A stretch of 64,000 nt of DNA, from positions 1 through 64,000 of the forward strand of contig JAUCBJ010001161.1 in NCBI GenBank assembly GCA_032718475.1, read 5' to 3'. Both the position numbers and the translations under genes were made by a program. Source of the stretch: Nemertoderma westbladi (taxonomy: Eukaryota > Animalia > Xenacoelomorpha). Shown in pieces: positions 46,120 to 57,087 of this stretch. The notes under the pieces were generated by a model. That model worked only from the letters and a program-made list of their open reading frames with translations. It was not told the origin of the DNA and did no database searches. Numbering within the stretch: the stretch's first letter is position 1; each line of letters opens with the position of its first letter.

Positions 46120-46790
46120 GGGGTTGTGGGCACCGTAAGCGCCACGTAGAAGGAGAGTAGGTTAGAAGGCGGCGGGGTAAGGGAGTCTGGCATATTGTCA
46201 TGCCACGAGTAGTAGTAGGGGGGTCGTGGGCACCGGAAGCGCCACGTAGAAAGTAGTAGGAGAGAGTGGTTGTGGGCACCGGAAGCGCCACGTAGAAAGT
46301 AGTAGCAGGGAGTGGTTGTGGGCACCGCAAGCGCCACGTAGATAGAGGTATTAGTTGAGGTAGTAGAGTTAGAGTGTTAGAGGTAGTAGAGAGGGCACAT
46401 AGGGTGCCAGAGAGTAGAGTAGTAGAGAGGGCACATAGGGTGCCAGGTAGTAGAGTAGTAGAGGGTAGATAGTAGAGTGGTTGTGGGCACCACGAGCGCC
46501 ACGTAGATAGAGGGTTTTAGTTAGAGTTAGTAGTAGAGTGGTTGTGGGCACCGTTAGCGCCACGTAGATGGAGGTAGAGTTAGTAAGAGGGTACGTAGTA
46601 CCGGTTGTGGTTGTGGGCACCGTTAGCGCCACGTAGATGGAGATAGAGTTAGTAAGAGGGTACGTAGTACCGGTTGTGGTTGTGGGCACCGTTAGCGCCA
46701 CGTAGATGGAGATAGAGTTAGTAAGAGGGTACGTAGTACCGGTTGTGGTTGTGGGCACCGTTAGCGCCACGTAGATAGAGATAGAGTTAG
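46120..46790. repeat. Array of nine GTGGGCACC-NNN-AGCGCCACGTAG motifs in the 3' region of D; the last four form 69-bp tandem units
   Basis: Motif near 46126, 46226, 46272, 46317, 46482, 46542, 46612, 46681, 46750 in purine-rich spacers. Confidence 0.9.
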
Positions 46791-47370
46791 TTGGAGGATT
46801 TTAGTCAGAGTTAGAAAAGAGTTAGTAGACTTAGCAGAAAGTTAGAGAGTTCTAGTTAGAGTTAGTAGAAAGTTAGAGGCTTTTAGTTAGAGCTAAAAGT
46901 AGTAAGAGTTAGCAGAGAGTAGAGTTAGTAGTTAGTAGAGTTAGATAGTTAGAGTTAGTAAGTTAGATAAGGTAGATAGTATGATAGCACAGGGGTAGCA
47001 TTAGAGGTCAGGGCCTTAGAGAGTGGCAGAGATTAGAGAGGAGATAGTGAGAGGAGCTGTTGGCGAGAAGTTAGAGTGCGATTCAGGTGTGGGGAGAGTG
47101 TAAGAGTGGGGAGAGAGCGAGTTGAGTTAGAGAGCGAAGTTAGAGTGGCGAGAGTGTTGGGGAAACAAAAATTGTGTGAGAGAAGCGCACGATCGGCCCG
47201 ACACGAGACGCCAGAGGGTAGTGACATCATACCCATAGGGAGCGGCCTGGAAAGCCGACTCCAAGAAAATAACCCCACCCCACACCCGATAATAGATCGA
47301 GTTCCAGCGGAATTGTAGCGCACTTTAGTTGGATGCTATCTTCTTACCGGGAAGATAGCATGGGGGGGAG

Positions 47371-47904
47371 TGTTAGCTTATCCAATTCCGCTAACACAAA
47401 CCCATAGAGTGAGCCATAAAGCAATATTGGGAGCACGAGGTTGATTACCAATCAACCTCGTGTCAGCCCAGTAAACGGGGACAATAGGCCCCAAAGGAGA
47501 CACACACAATAGGGGTCAGGGGCCAAACCCCTAACCGAGAGAGAATACAGGGAGTGAAGGGAAACACTCCAAAGGGTGCCAACAGGGGTATCAACCAATC
47601 AGAGGGGGGAAAGGCATCGATTGAGTAGCAATAAGGCCACCGTGCAATATAACCAGTAACCTGTAATCATTCATTCAGTTTACTCAGTCAGATCAGTAGG
47701 GTGGAACGGGGACTTCTGTCACCGTCCGCTACCGCCATTATATATTACCTGTTGTGTCATACTATACTATACTGCTATATATCTCAGACTATTATACCTT
47801 TATGCATATTACCGAACATCAGAACTCTTTTACCTTTCACACACGGCGGGGACGCGTGGATAGAAAACCCAACGGATAAACCGGGATCCGTAGATCCCGT
47901 CACA
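47371..47904 (+). repeat. 3' LTR of element D
   Basis: Copy of 37413-37946. Confidence 0.96.
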
Positions 47905-47909
47905 GGGTC

Positions 47910-50900
47910 GTCTCCCTCACTAGTATCGTCTTCCCATTCACTCACCTGGCAGACGCGATCTTGAAGCAGTCTTTCCCTGAGCGTTCTACGGGAAGGTCCA
48001 GTAAGGTACCAACCTACTCTAGTTCTTACCGCATAGGTCTGAAGTGGTTGCGGTTGAGTAGGTCGTTTCTCTAATGTCTCCAGCGCCTCATGCGCGTTTT
48101 GACCAATTAATATTTGTACTCCAGGATAATCGGTGTCGAATCTAGGGATGTTAAGTTGTTGGACATGATCATCTTCGTCCCAATTATAAGGTTCCACTTG
48201 GGTGGTAGCGAAGTTCTTTATTGCCACCATTTTTACTGACCTTATACTGTATTCTCCTAGTTTATCCTGTGGAGTGGACAACTCACCTATATAATAGTCG
48301 GCAGCTACAGTAGAATTCCAAACCTGCATGATCCCTGACATGTTTAGCTTGGTTCGGAACTTGGGTTGTCCAGCAAAGATGACTTCGGCTAGTTCTTTAT
48401 CGATGAATGTTCCTGTGCTACCGGAGTCCAGGAGGGCGTTCACTATATAGCTCTTCTGAGGTCCGTGGACCCGTAACTGGACTACAGGAAATTCTCGGAT
48501 TCCTATATTGGAAGTTGGCGCTTTCCAAGATGGTTGTTGATCAGAAGTAGTTAAGGTAAGGTCGCTGTCTGTGTCTTTCTCATGCATGAGTGCTCGATAC
48601 ACTGCGGTGGTGTTTATTAGGTAACAGGATTCGTTTTGGTCGGAGAATTCGTCCGTATAGAATCCTTCCATTTCAGAACTTTGGTCGGAGAATTCGTCCG
48701 TATAGAATCCTTCCATCTCAGAACTTTGGTCAGTGTCGTTCACATCACTGAATTGGACATGTAGTTCGGACTCACTTACCTGACTCGAGCTGTTTCGTTC
48801 GAATTCAGTGTGCAACAAGATATGATGTTTTGCACCGCACTTTGCACACCTTGCGTCGGAGTAACAGGTTCGCCGTTGGTGTCCTCGTCTGAGGCAATTA
48901 TAACACAACCGCTTATCCCACATGACTTCACGTCTATCCTCGAGTGATTTCCTCAGGAATTCATCACACACATTCAAACGGTGGGGCCCGTCGCACAGCA
49001 CACATTATGGTTTGATGTTACTTACCTTACTTTGAGTAACGTTGTGCACACTCGTTCTTTCTTCGGGCTTTCTTACTTGAATTCTCTTAGGAGACGTAGG
49101 AGGAGTTTTTCTTACCTGTTCTCTCCTGTCATTGGTTCGAGACTTGAATTTACTTACGTCCTAGTCGCTTTGTTGTCATAGTAAGATCTTTCAGTGTCTT
49201 TCCCGCTGTCTTCCTCTTGAGAAGCCTGGCTTTCGCCGTCGTCTGTATAACACACTGGTATTACTCTTCTCATAGAAACGGGTTTCTCACTTACCTTGCT
49301 TTCCGATGTCTTCTCTCTGGACTGTTTTAAGAGCTGTAATTTCACTTCACCATCCGAGAATGACATGAGATCAGCCATGGTAGGGTCTCGTTGTTGTTGT
49401 TCCATCATATATAACACCTTCTTGTCCCAGCGTGTACCTACTCCACCCTTCGGTAAATTAGATGTTAAGGCTCCTACAACCATAGAATTCTGGTATTCAT
49501 GAGACTTACCTAACCAATCTAGTTGTCTACAGATCTCCTGAATCTCATCGGAAAACTCTATAATCCCGCTGCTAAGAAACTTTCGGGGCGCCATTAATTT
49601 TGCATATAAATACCTAGCTATGTTAGTCCTATTACCATACCTGATGTTTAGTGTATCCCAAACTTGTCTTAATCCATCTGGATGTCCAATAAATTTTAAC
49701 GCCATTGACTTGGGAGATCCTTCCAAGCACTCGATGAGGAATCTAAGTTTCTCTCCGTTGGATAGCACAGAGTCCCGTATGTTATCCTTGTAATATTCAT
49801 TAAAAGGTAACCATTTCATCTCATCTCCATTAAACTTGACGATCTCTCCCACCTTTACCGCTTGCCGGGCTTCGGTTCTAGCCATTTGACGTGTAAAACT
49901 TTCTTGGGCCATCGTATTATTTAATATCGAATTATCGGTATATAAATTTCTCGGATTATGATCAGGTCTATATGGAATATCGCTATCAACAGGTTTATAA
50001 TTACCCTTAATAGGGTTTCCTATAGGAGTTTCTACTTTGCTAGCCGTATAGATGCGTGTAGGCTCCACACCTTGCGCATGGGATACTTCAGACCTAACGG
50101 GTTGACACATTGTTACAGAGGGTGGTGGTATACCCTTTTGTAAGTTTACTAATTTATCGCGTTCTAACGCGATACTTTGCTGCACTTCTTGCAACTCAAA
50201 CTTACTTTCCCTCACTGTTCCCTTAAGTTGGTGAACAGTCCCTTCCAAATCTCGGACCTGCCGGGAGGAACATTCCTGTTGTTCCCTCAGCTGCCCGAGC
50301 AAGAGACCAATCTCCCGTCGTCCCTCATCCACCCAATCCGCCGCCGAAGCGGGGTCCGCCAACGTTGTAGCGGGCAGACGAGGGACAACGGGCGATAAAT
50401 CTTTAATATCTCGCTCGTTGTCCAAAACTGGAAGTGACTTGCGAACAGTCTTACTAGGCACAGAGGGCACAGATAGTTTGGTGCTCTGCAAAGGGAATCT
50501 AGAGGTTATTTCAGGTAGTACAGGTGTCTCTAGCACCGAAGGGGTGGCTTCGAGAACAGGCCTAATTATTTCAGGCTCATCTACTATAGTAGGGAGTCTT
50601 TCTATTTTAATTATTTGGTCTGTGGGTTCTGTACTACCTAATCCTGCGCTAGTTAGTTGTCTTTTAACAGCTGGGGGCAAATCAGGCAATTTCTGACGGC
50701 GGGATGTTCTTTTACGTCTGCTTAGACGAGATCTATTTCCTTTGCCTTCAGTATCGGTGGTATCGCCTTCCTCAGATGATGTATATCCTTGTCTTTTGGG
50801 AGTAGATCGATTCATCATCTGCATATTACTAGCTGCTAACTGTTTATTTATGCAGTCTTGATTCTCCTGAATGTTTTCCAATTCTAATTGGGTGGTTTCT

Positions 50901-50989
50901 TCAGCCGCTCTCCGTTCTGCTTCTGCCACTGCCATTGCCGCTTTTCTTTTCATTTCGGCTGCTTTTCTTTTCGCTTCTGCCTCTGCCAC
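47910..50989 (-). pseudogene. Gag-protease region of element B (1-nt frameshift near 49160)
   Basis: Closely homologous to the A Gag-PR (KFNGDEMKW, CYNCLRRGH, LLDSGS); 45-bp internal duplication DQSSEMEGFYTDEFS; cut by D. Confidence 0.9.
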
Positions 50990-51734
50990 TGCCGCTGCCG
51001 CTTTTCGCTTTACTTTCCTCTTCGGCTGCTTTCCTTTCCGCTTCGGCAGCTGCTACTGCTGCTTTCTTTCTGTCTTCTATACGTTTTTTCTTTACTTGTT
51101 CTTCTTGGACTCGTGTGATGCGGAGTTGTTCATCAAATTTAGCCTGGTTCGCAGCCCTCATTTCCACATCGATGGCATCCAACACACGCTGAGTTCCTTC
51201 ACTATTAGGGCTAAGTCCATCTAACCTTCTCCTCAACTCGTCATCACCTAAAAAACGTTGATAGTCTGACAGATAGATGTCAATGGCATCCCTCTTATGC
51301 GGTTTCTCTGCTGTCGCTTCGCTTTCTTCTTGAGAAAAGGTTGATTCTTCATAGGTTGGCCGTTCATCATAAACCGTATCCGCCATCTTCGCTCCGCGTT
51401 CGGGCGTCCGCTCAACAGTATCCGAACTACTGGAGCTCTCGGGCTGCTGAGAACTAGGTTCTTGGCTAGGAGGTTGCTGCTGTTTGGCAGCTGCTTCTTG
51501 ATCCCGCTTAACTTGGGCCCAAGTACCGATGATAGACCTACGGCGCTTCACTAACTTCGCGAATTGCGAAATTGCTTCTACTAACCTAGGTTCTGACACA
51601 GCTACTGTAGGGGTTGTCTTTCTTACAGTAGGAGGGGTTTCAGACCTCGGTCTGGGATTCTCTATACTCCTATCTGAGAAACAGACTGTTGTTTCTAGGA
51701 GACTATCTGACAGAGTTTGCCTTGTGTCAGACAT
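50901..51734 (-). CDS. Upstream ORF1 of element B
   Basis: 277 aa homologue of A ORF1 with an in-frame internal deletion; overlaps gag in the +1 frame. Confidence 0.75.
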   Translation of the reverse strand: MSDTRQTLSDSLLETTVCFSDRSIENPRPRSETPPTVRKTTPTVAVSEPRLVEAISQFAKLVKRRRSIIGTWAQVKRDQEAAAKQQQPPSQEPSSQQPESSSSSDTVERTPERGAKMADTVYDERPTYEESTFSQEESEATAEKPHKRDAIDIYLSDYQRFLGDDELRRRLDGLSPNSEGTQRVLDAIDVEMRAANQAKFDEQLRITRVQEEQVKKKRIEDRKKAAVAAAEAERKAAEEESKAKSGSGSGRGRSEKKSSRNEKKSGNGSGRSRTESG

Positions 51735-53074
51735 GTTTGTTTGTACAGTTGGATGCCTACTGCTATATTACAGTCTAAGCAAGTCTAGTAATTCAGTATT
51801 AACTGTTAGCCTAGTAATTAATTACCGATACAGCTACTCAGTGTAGCGCGATATATATATAATATATTAGAATACCGGTATGCTTATAGTATATATATAA
51901 GTATTATTACAGACTAGGTTTATCACAGAATATCGGTATATAATTTTAGCACAAATATATATAAATATATAATAGGCCTATCGGGAATACCGGTATACAG
52001 CTTACACTTATAGTATATATAAGTATAATTCTGGACTAGAATTAATTACAGAGTACCGGTATGATTTCAGCTTAAATTTATAGAAATAAATATAATAAGC
52101 CTATTGCAAATACCGGTATGTCAATTATTTTAAATAATTGAATTTCTGAATTTTAGGAGTTACTTAGGTTACTTAGTTACTTTTCTTACTCTATTACCGT
52201 TACTTGAGCAATAGTCCAACTGATATTGAGACCTAATTGTTGTATGGCAGGCCTACTATTTATAAATCGTTTGAGTTGATTTATAATAAATATATACCCG
52301 TTTAAATGGGTTTTGTCAATGTTTGAAATAAATGTTATTATTTCTGGGGAGTAATCACTACACAAAGCGGTGCGCTTTCAGTGAAGTGCTACTTATAGGA
52401 CACTAAAACAAATAATTCTACTTTCTAAGTTACTTATCTACAAATTACTTACGATAAGACACGGGTGAGATTAAATCTCTTATTGAACACAATAAAATAT
52501 TACGTACGAAATTTTAGGGTAATTTAACAGGGAACTACAAACCAGTCTAACAGAAGGTTAGAATTTCTGGTTATTACAACGGACAGGATACTACGGTAGG
52601 TGAAAATAATAAGTAGTAGTAAATATACTGCGCTGTCCAGATAGGAAAATACCACCGTCTGACGACCTATAGCCGTAGCGCTATAGGTACTACGTTATGT
52701 ATCACGGAGTGTCCCTACCTAGAAGTTAATTACCGCGGTCTACCAGAACCAACGTGCCTATTAACCACTTTACAACACAAATATACTGCCTACACACTAA
52801 TTACCTTCGGAAAGCACTGTACACTAAACCCTAAATTAGGTACGAGTACTTGTACAACAGATAATCAGTAGTTAAAAATACTTGAACAGCTAAAAGAACC
52901 ACGGCATCTGCTGGAGTGACCGGTGCACAAAATCACCAGTCTTTACCTACGCCAAGCAGCCCGTGTAGTACCGGGGTTAATTTAACTATAGCGGTATATA
53001 TAACAAGCACAATTACTGTAGGAATAAACTTGGGGAATGAATGTTGCGAATAATAGCATAAACTCTGAATAATA

Positions 53075-53640
53075 AATATTACGCTATGCGTACAAACTAC
53101 TCAAACAAAATGCAGACCAAACACTGACAGACTACTATCAAGCCTAAACAAACTACGGTATGTGCAGACTCCGAAACGGTTAGTTAGTATGCGCGCTAAC
53201 CGAGTAGTACGACTTATTCTTTAAGAGGGGGTTTACCTCACAGCACTGGAAGCCCCTACTTACTAACTGGCACTTTATCGGACATGCACTCTACACACAA
53301 CGCAATCCCTCAGACCTAATAACAGCTAGGCAACAATTCAGCCTACAGATTATCAAAATAAGAATATTATGCTACCCGTACAGACTACACAAACAAAGTA
53401 CAGACCAAACGCTGTCAGCCTACTATCAAGCCTAAATAAACCACAGTACATGCAGACTCCAAAATGGTTAGTTAGTATGCGCGCTAACCGAGTAGTACGA
53501 CTTATTCTTTAAGAGGGGGTTTACCTCACAGCACTGGAAGCCCCTACTTACTAACTGGCACTTTATTGGACATACACTCTACACACACTACAGTCCTTCA
53601 GACTTAACAACAGTCAGACAACAGCTCAGCCTACAAATTC
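53075..53640. repeat. Diverged tandem duplication of about 288 bp in the leader of B
   Basis: AATATTAyGCTA...GTACGACTTATTCTTTAAGAGGGGGTTTACCTCACAGCACTGGAAGCCCC occurs twice; single copy in A near 20770-21050. Confidence 0.85.
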
Positions 53641-53984
53641 TCTATACAATCTGAACAGGCTTACACGCCTTCTGCTCAATATTGGCCTACAAACAAATAA
53701 AACTGACAGAAATAAGTAAACCATACAAAGGAATAAGGGGTGATCAATCCCTAATCCCTTAGCAGCCTACAATATACAATATATCACAATCGAAATAATA
53801 CTGCTGTACCTGTACTGCAGTAAGTACCGGTATGGGTGATCAGGCAGTCAGGCCTACTGGTTAACGTCGACCGGTACTTTAGCTTTATTGCCTACCGCAA
53901 TACAGAAGCAATATCTGCTATTGTTCTTTACCAGAACAATATTGCAATAACTGCATTTAGTGCCTACACTGCAATACAGACTAG

Positions 53985-53995
53985 ATATCCGTTAT
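53985..53995 (-). promoter_or_regulatory. Non-tRNA primer-binding-position 11-mer of element B, complementary to LTR site 54741-54751
   Basis: Minus strand ATAACGGATAT directly after the 5' LTR; exact complement inside the LTR. Confidence 0.7.
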
Positions 53996-55215
53996 TGTTC
54001 GCGCTTTTAGACCTTTGGCAGTTTAACCCGCCAAATTAGGATGTCTTCTAGATAATAAATTGCTTTTAGCCTCTGACAAGTATTTGATTCACTACACTAG
54101 TCGAAACCAATCTGTGCGCGATCATTCACCCGCTGGATATACCCGGGAGATTGGGTTCGACGGCTTAATCGTATTGCTATGTAAGCCTACTGTATTATTC
54201 GACTGATCGTGTTATATAATCTCTGACAATATTATTCACCTTCGGGGAATATTAGCAGTTCCTTTAGGACGTGGTGCTCTATCTATATAAACAGAGTTAT
54301 GACTTAAACTACTCACAACGATATGGCTTACTTATAATTCACATATATGGCGCATTCTTTAGGAAATGCTTCGTTATCAGTCTCACTCATACACAATGCT
54401 GCACAATACTGCACACTAATCTGCCGATCTTCACTGATTTTAGTCACATATAAAAGGAACACAGACCGACTCATGTAGGGTCTATCAAATAACATTAGAT
54501 TCACTTCAAACCACTTTAACATAAGTCGCAATCGTTATATGTAACCTGTCTCTCTTACCTTCGGTATATCAAGAATATTGGGGTTTCGGGGTTATTTCTC
54601 GTTATTCCAATATAATATTTCATCACCATATAATGAATAATCGACAGTAAATAGCAGTATAACAATATAAAAGTATGTACAACAAGATATATGCATTGCC
54701 CAGTTGAGTTAGGTTAGTAGGTAAGTATTGAGTTGCACAGATAACGGATATATGTCCTTATAATTAAGCCTACTAGTGTTAGGCTAAAAGCAGAACAGCA
54801 CAAAATATTCCAAAGCCGTTCTTCCTGGCTCAGGACAGAATGATAACACTGCCCATAATGCATTGCGTGATTTCTCGGAAATTTCTGTACAAGAGCCGTA
54901 AAAACGCTCTGATTGGTTGACTGAACTAAGAGAAGCCATAGAACAAAGAAAATCGACACGTATGAATATCAGCTGTTAACCGTCGTCATAGTAACTACTG
55001 TTCAAGAGTATCTAGCCCCTTTTGCGTCATAGAATTGCCATAGAATCACCAACCATGTCTTCCAAAGTACACATACGGAAGAAATAGCTCTTAGGTCCTC
55101 TAAAAAACACCGATACAGCAATAATACGGCCTCTTATGCCTACTAAACCAACTACAGAGTATTTTACGGGAAAAATAAGGAAAAATAACCGGGCAATTCC
55201 GCAAAAGCTTTTACA
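53996..55215 (-). repeat. 5' LTR of element B
   Basis: 1220 bp, TG...CA; shares terminal blocks with the A LTR. Confidence 0.95.
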
Positions 55216-55657
55216 ATTCTTGTTGACAATATTACGCTATTTATATTGCAAAAATATATACGAATAAAGGTAGAAGTGGATAGGTTACATTACAGTTTAC
55301 CGTGTAGGTAACCGTTTACATGAATTACAGCAGTACGAGTTAATCAAACGGGTTTAACTAGGCCTACTATAAATATACACTGTAAACCTATAAATATTAA
55401 TTTCAAATTTCCCTCCAAAATGTTAAATTGATTGGAGATCGCAATACTGTATTTCTTTGAGTGCAGCATTGAATTTATTTGTCCAAAACGGAAAAAATGT
55501 CGATTTTTTGATAATTTTTGTAACTGACAGCACATTTTTGAACTTCTGTAATTCAAAAACTAGAAGAGATATTAAAATACCGATTTCAAATTTGAAATCG
55601 CCGTTAATTTCTGTACAAAAAAACGCAATAATGTTATTTTCGATAAAAAAAAATATT

Positions 55658-55674
55658 TGGGGTGTCCTCCCCCC
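55658..55674. repeat. Right TIR of Kolobok-type transposon
   Basis: TGGGGTGTCCTCCCCCC followed by TTAA. Confidence 0.9.
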
Positions 55675-55678
55675 TTAA

Positions 55679-55820
55679 ATCTCGTCTGATCGATTTATTT
55701 TGGAGGTACTTCATTAAACACTACTCAATTGATATTCCCTGTAGCTGGTCGGTGTGCTGCAGCTGCGTCTTGATGAACTGTAGAAATAATAACTCTCGTC
55801 TCGATGATTTATACCCATAG
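55679..55820 (+). pseudogene. C-terminus of the LINE ORF2 interrupted at 3890
   Basis: Rejoined read is NHVGLK-SRLIDLFWRYFIKHYSIDIPCSWSVCCSCVLMNCRNNNSRLDDLYP*, a Cys-rich CR1/L2-type end. Confidence 0.88.
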
Positions 55821-56353
55821 ATAACGACTTATATTCTATAATGCTTTATTTAATTAATACAAATTTTATTACATTTCACATCCACTCTGACCCTTTTAAT
55901 ACGTATTTACTGCATCTCATTTTAAATTTATACGCATATATTTAATCTCATTTTTACGACATCAGAGACCGACCCTTTTATTAATACGTATATATATATT
56001 TCATCTTATTTTAATACAAATATTTCTATCTAATTTCATATAACATCCAGTCTTCTGACCCTTTTAACTTCTTCGTTTAATCTCATAATTAGCACGGCCT
56101 TTTTAGACCAATTACATACAGTAATAATTTTAACTCGATGTATTTTAATGTACCTTAAATAATTATTAACTCATATTTTAAACTAAGTAATGTATGAAAT
56201 GTATGTAATGTATCTTTTATGGGGGAAACCCCATCACCATATAATACTATAGTTAAATTGTCTATGCAGTCTTTGTTCAGTTCTAAGTTATGGTGTAAAT
56301 TTATATTAATAATAATAATAATAATAATGTTAAAATTTTGGAATAAAACTACA

Positions 56354-56490
56354 TACATACTTGTGGCAAAGTACTTTACAGTGTTCTGATCCTCGTGGCT
56401 TTATTTTCAATCACTCACTAACGTTCGTTCGTGTAACAAAGCCACTCTGATCATCACACTGTAAAGTGCTACTTTACACACAAGTATGTA
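56354..56490. mobile_element. Small foldback / MITE-like element
   Basis: Nested inverted repeats TACATACTTGTG/CACAAGTATGTA, CTTTACAGTGT/ACACTGTAAAG and GTGGCTTT/AAAGCCAC. Confidence 0.65.
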
Positions 56491-57087
56491 AATAGTTATT
56501 ACAGGTACATGTTAGATCTGATTCCTGCATTACACACGGCTTCCTTTTATTGACCAACTAAAAAACACCACATAGCAAATAAATATTAGAACCAAGACAA
56601 TAAAAATACTTATGATACGAAACAAATATGGTTACAATACATTCCTAATATCAGCAGCCAAAATGTATAACTCGCTCTATAACTATAAAATTAACTATAA
56701 CTCTATGTTAATGACTCACTATAGGATATTATTACTATTACTATATTAATATGGATACTATTATGGTACACTTATTGCAATTATCTCCATAAATATAAAT
56801 AATCTACATCTATTATTAAGATGGTATAGTATTAATGTAGTTAATTTACATTTTACTAGTTTGAGATAGTTAGCCCGGTTGGAACATGATCTTTTTAATT
56901 TTCAGTTGTGCGGTAATTAATTGTTACTGTTTAACCTGCCTACCCGTACTTAATTATTCAGATATAATTACAAACTTCAAAAACAAGAATTAAATCTAAC
57001 AAATAATCATGAAGAGTTTATATACAATAGTTTGAGTTAGTATTTCCACTCCTTCCCTGTTGTTACTTGGCATTACACCATACAGTT

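Larger units (their letters stand above)
37413..47904 (+). mobile_element. BEL/Pao-derived non-autonomous LTR element D (gag-protease only)
   Basis: 534-bp LTRs that look identical by eye; TSD GGGTC (37408-37412, 47905-47909); PPT GGGGGGGAG at 47362-47370; Pao-type gag and LVDSGA protease, no RT or integrase core. Confidence 0.92.
24861..55215 (-). mobile_element. BEL/Pao element B, non-autonomous relative of A (hosts C and D)
   Basis: 1220-bp LTRs; TSD ATTCT (24856-24860, 55216-55220); gag, protease, spacer and ORF3 remnants colinear with A; RT, most of RNase H, integrase and the exonuclease domain are missing. Confidence 0.93.
3891..55674 (-). mobile_element. Kolobok-type DNA transposon (about 2.97 kb once nested LTR elements are removed)
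   Basis: TTAA TSD at 3887-3890 and 55675-55678; about 16-bp TIR GGGGGAGGACACCCCA; DDE transposase at 23124-24857; own segments are 3891-4271, 22730-24860 and 55221-55674. Confidence 0.85.

Noticed and set aside
46120-46790. CRISPR-like repeat-spacer appearance
   Set aside because: Spacers are related to each other or identical, lengths are irregular, the array is inside a eukaryotic LTR element and there are no cas genes
47784-47909. C-terminal extension of the 405-aa ORF
   Set aside because: Read-through into the D LTR caused by the insertion
49154-49170. Programmed frameshift inside B gag
   Set aside because: A is continuous here; a single-base deletion in B explains it
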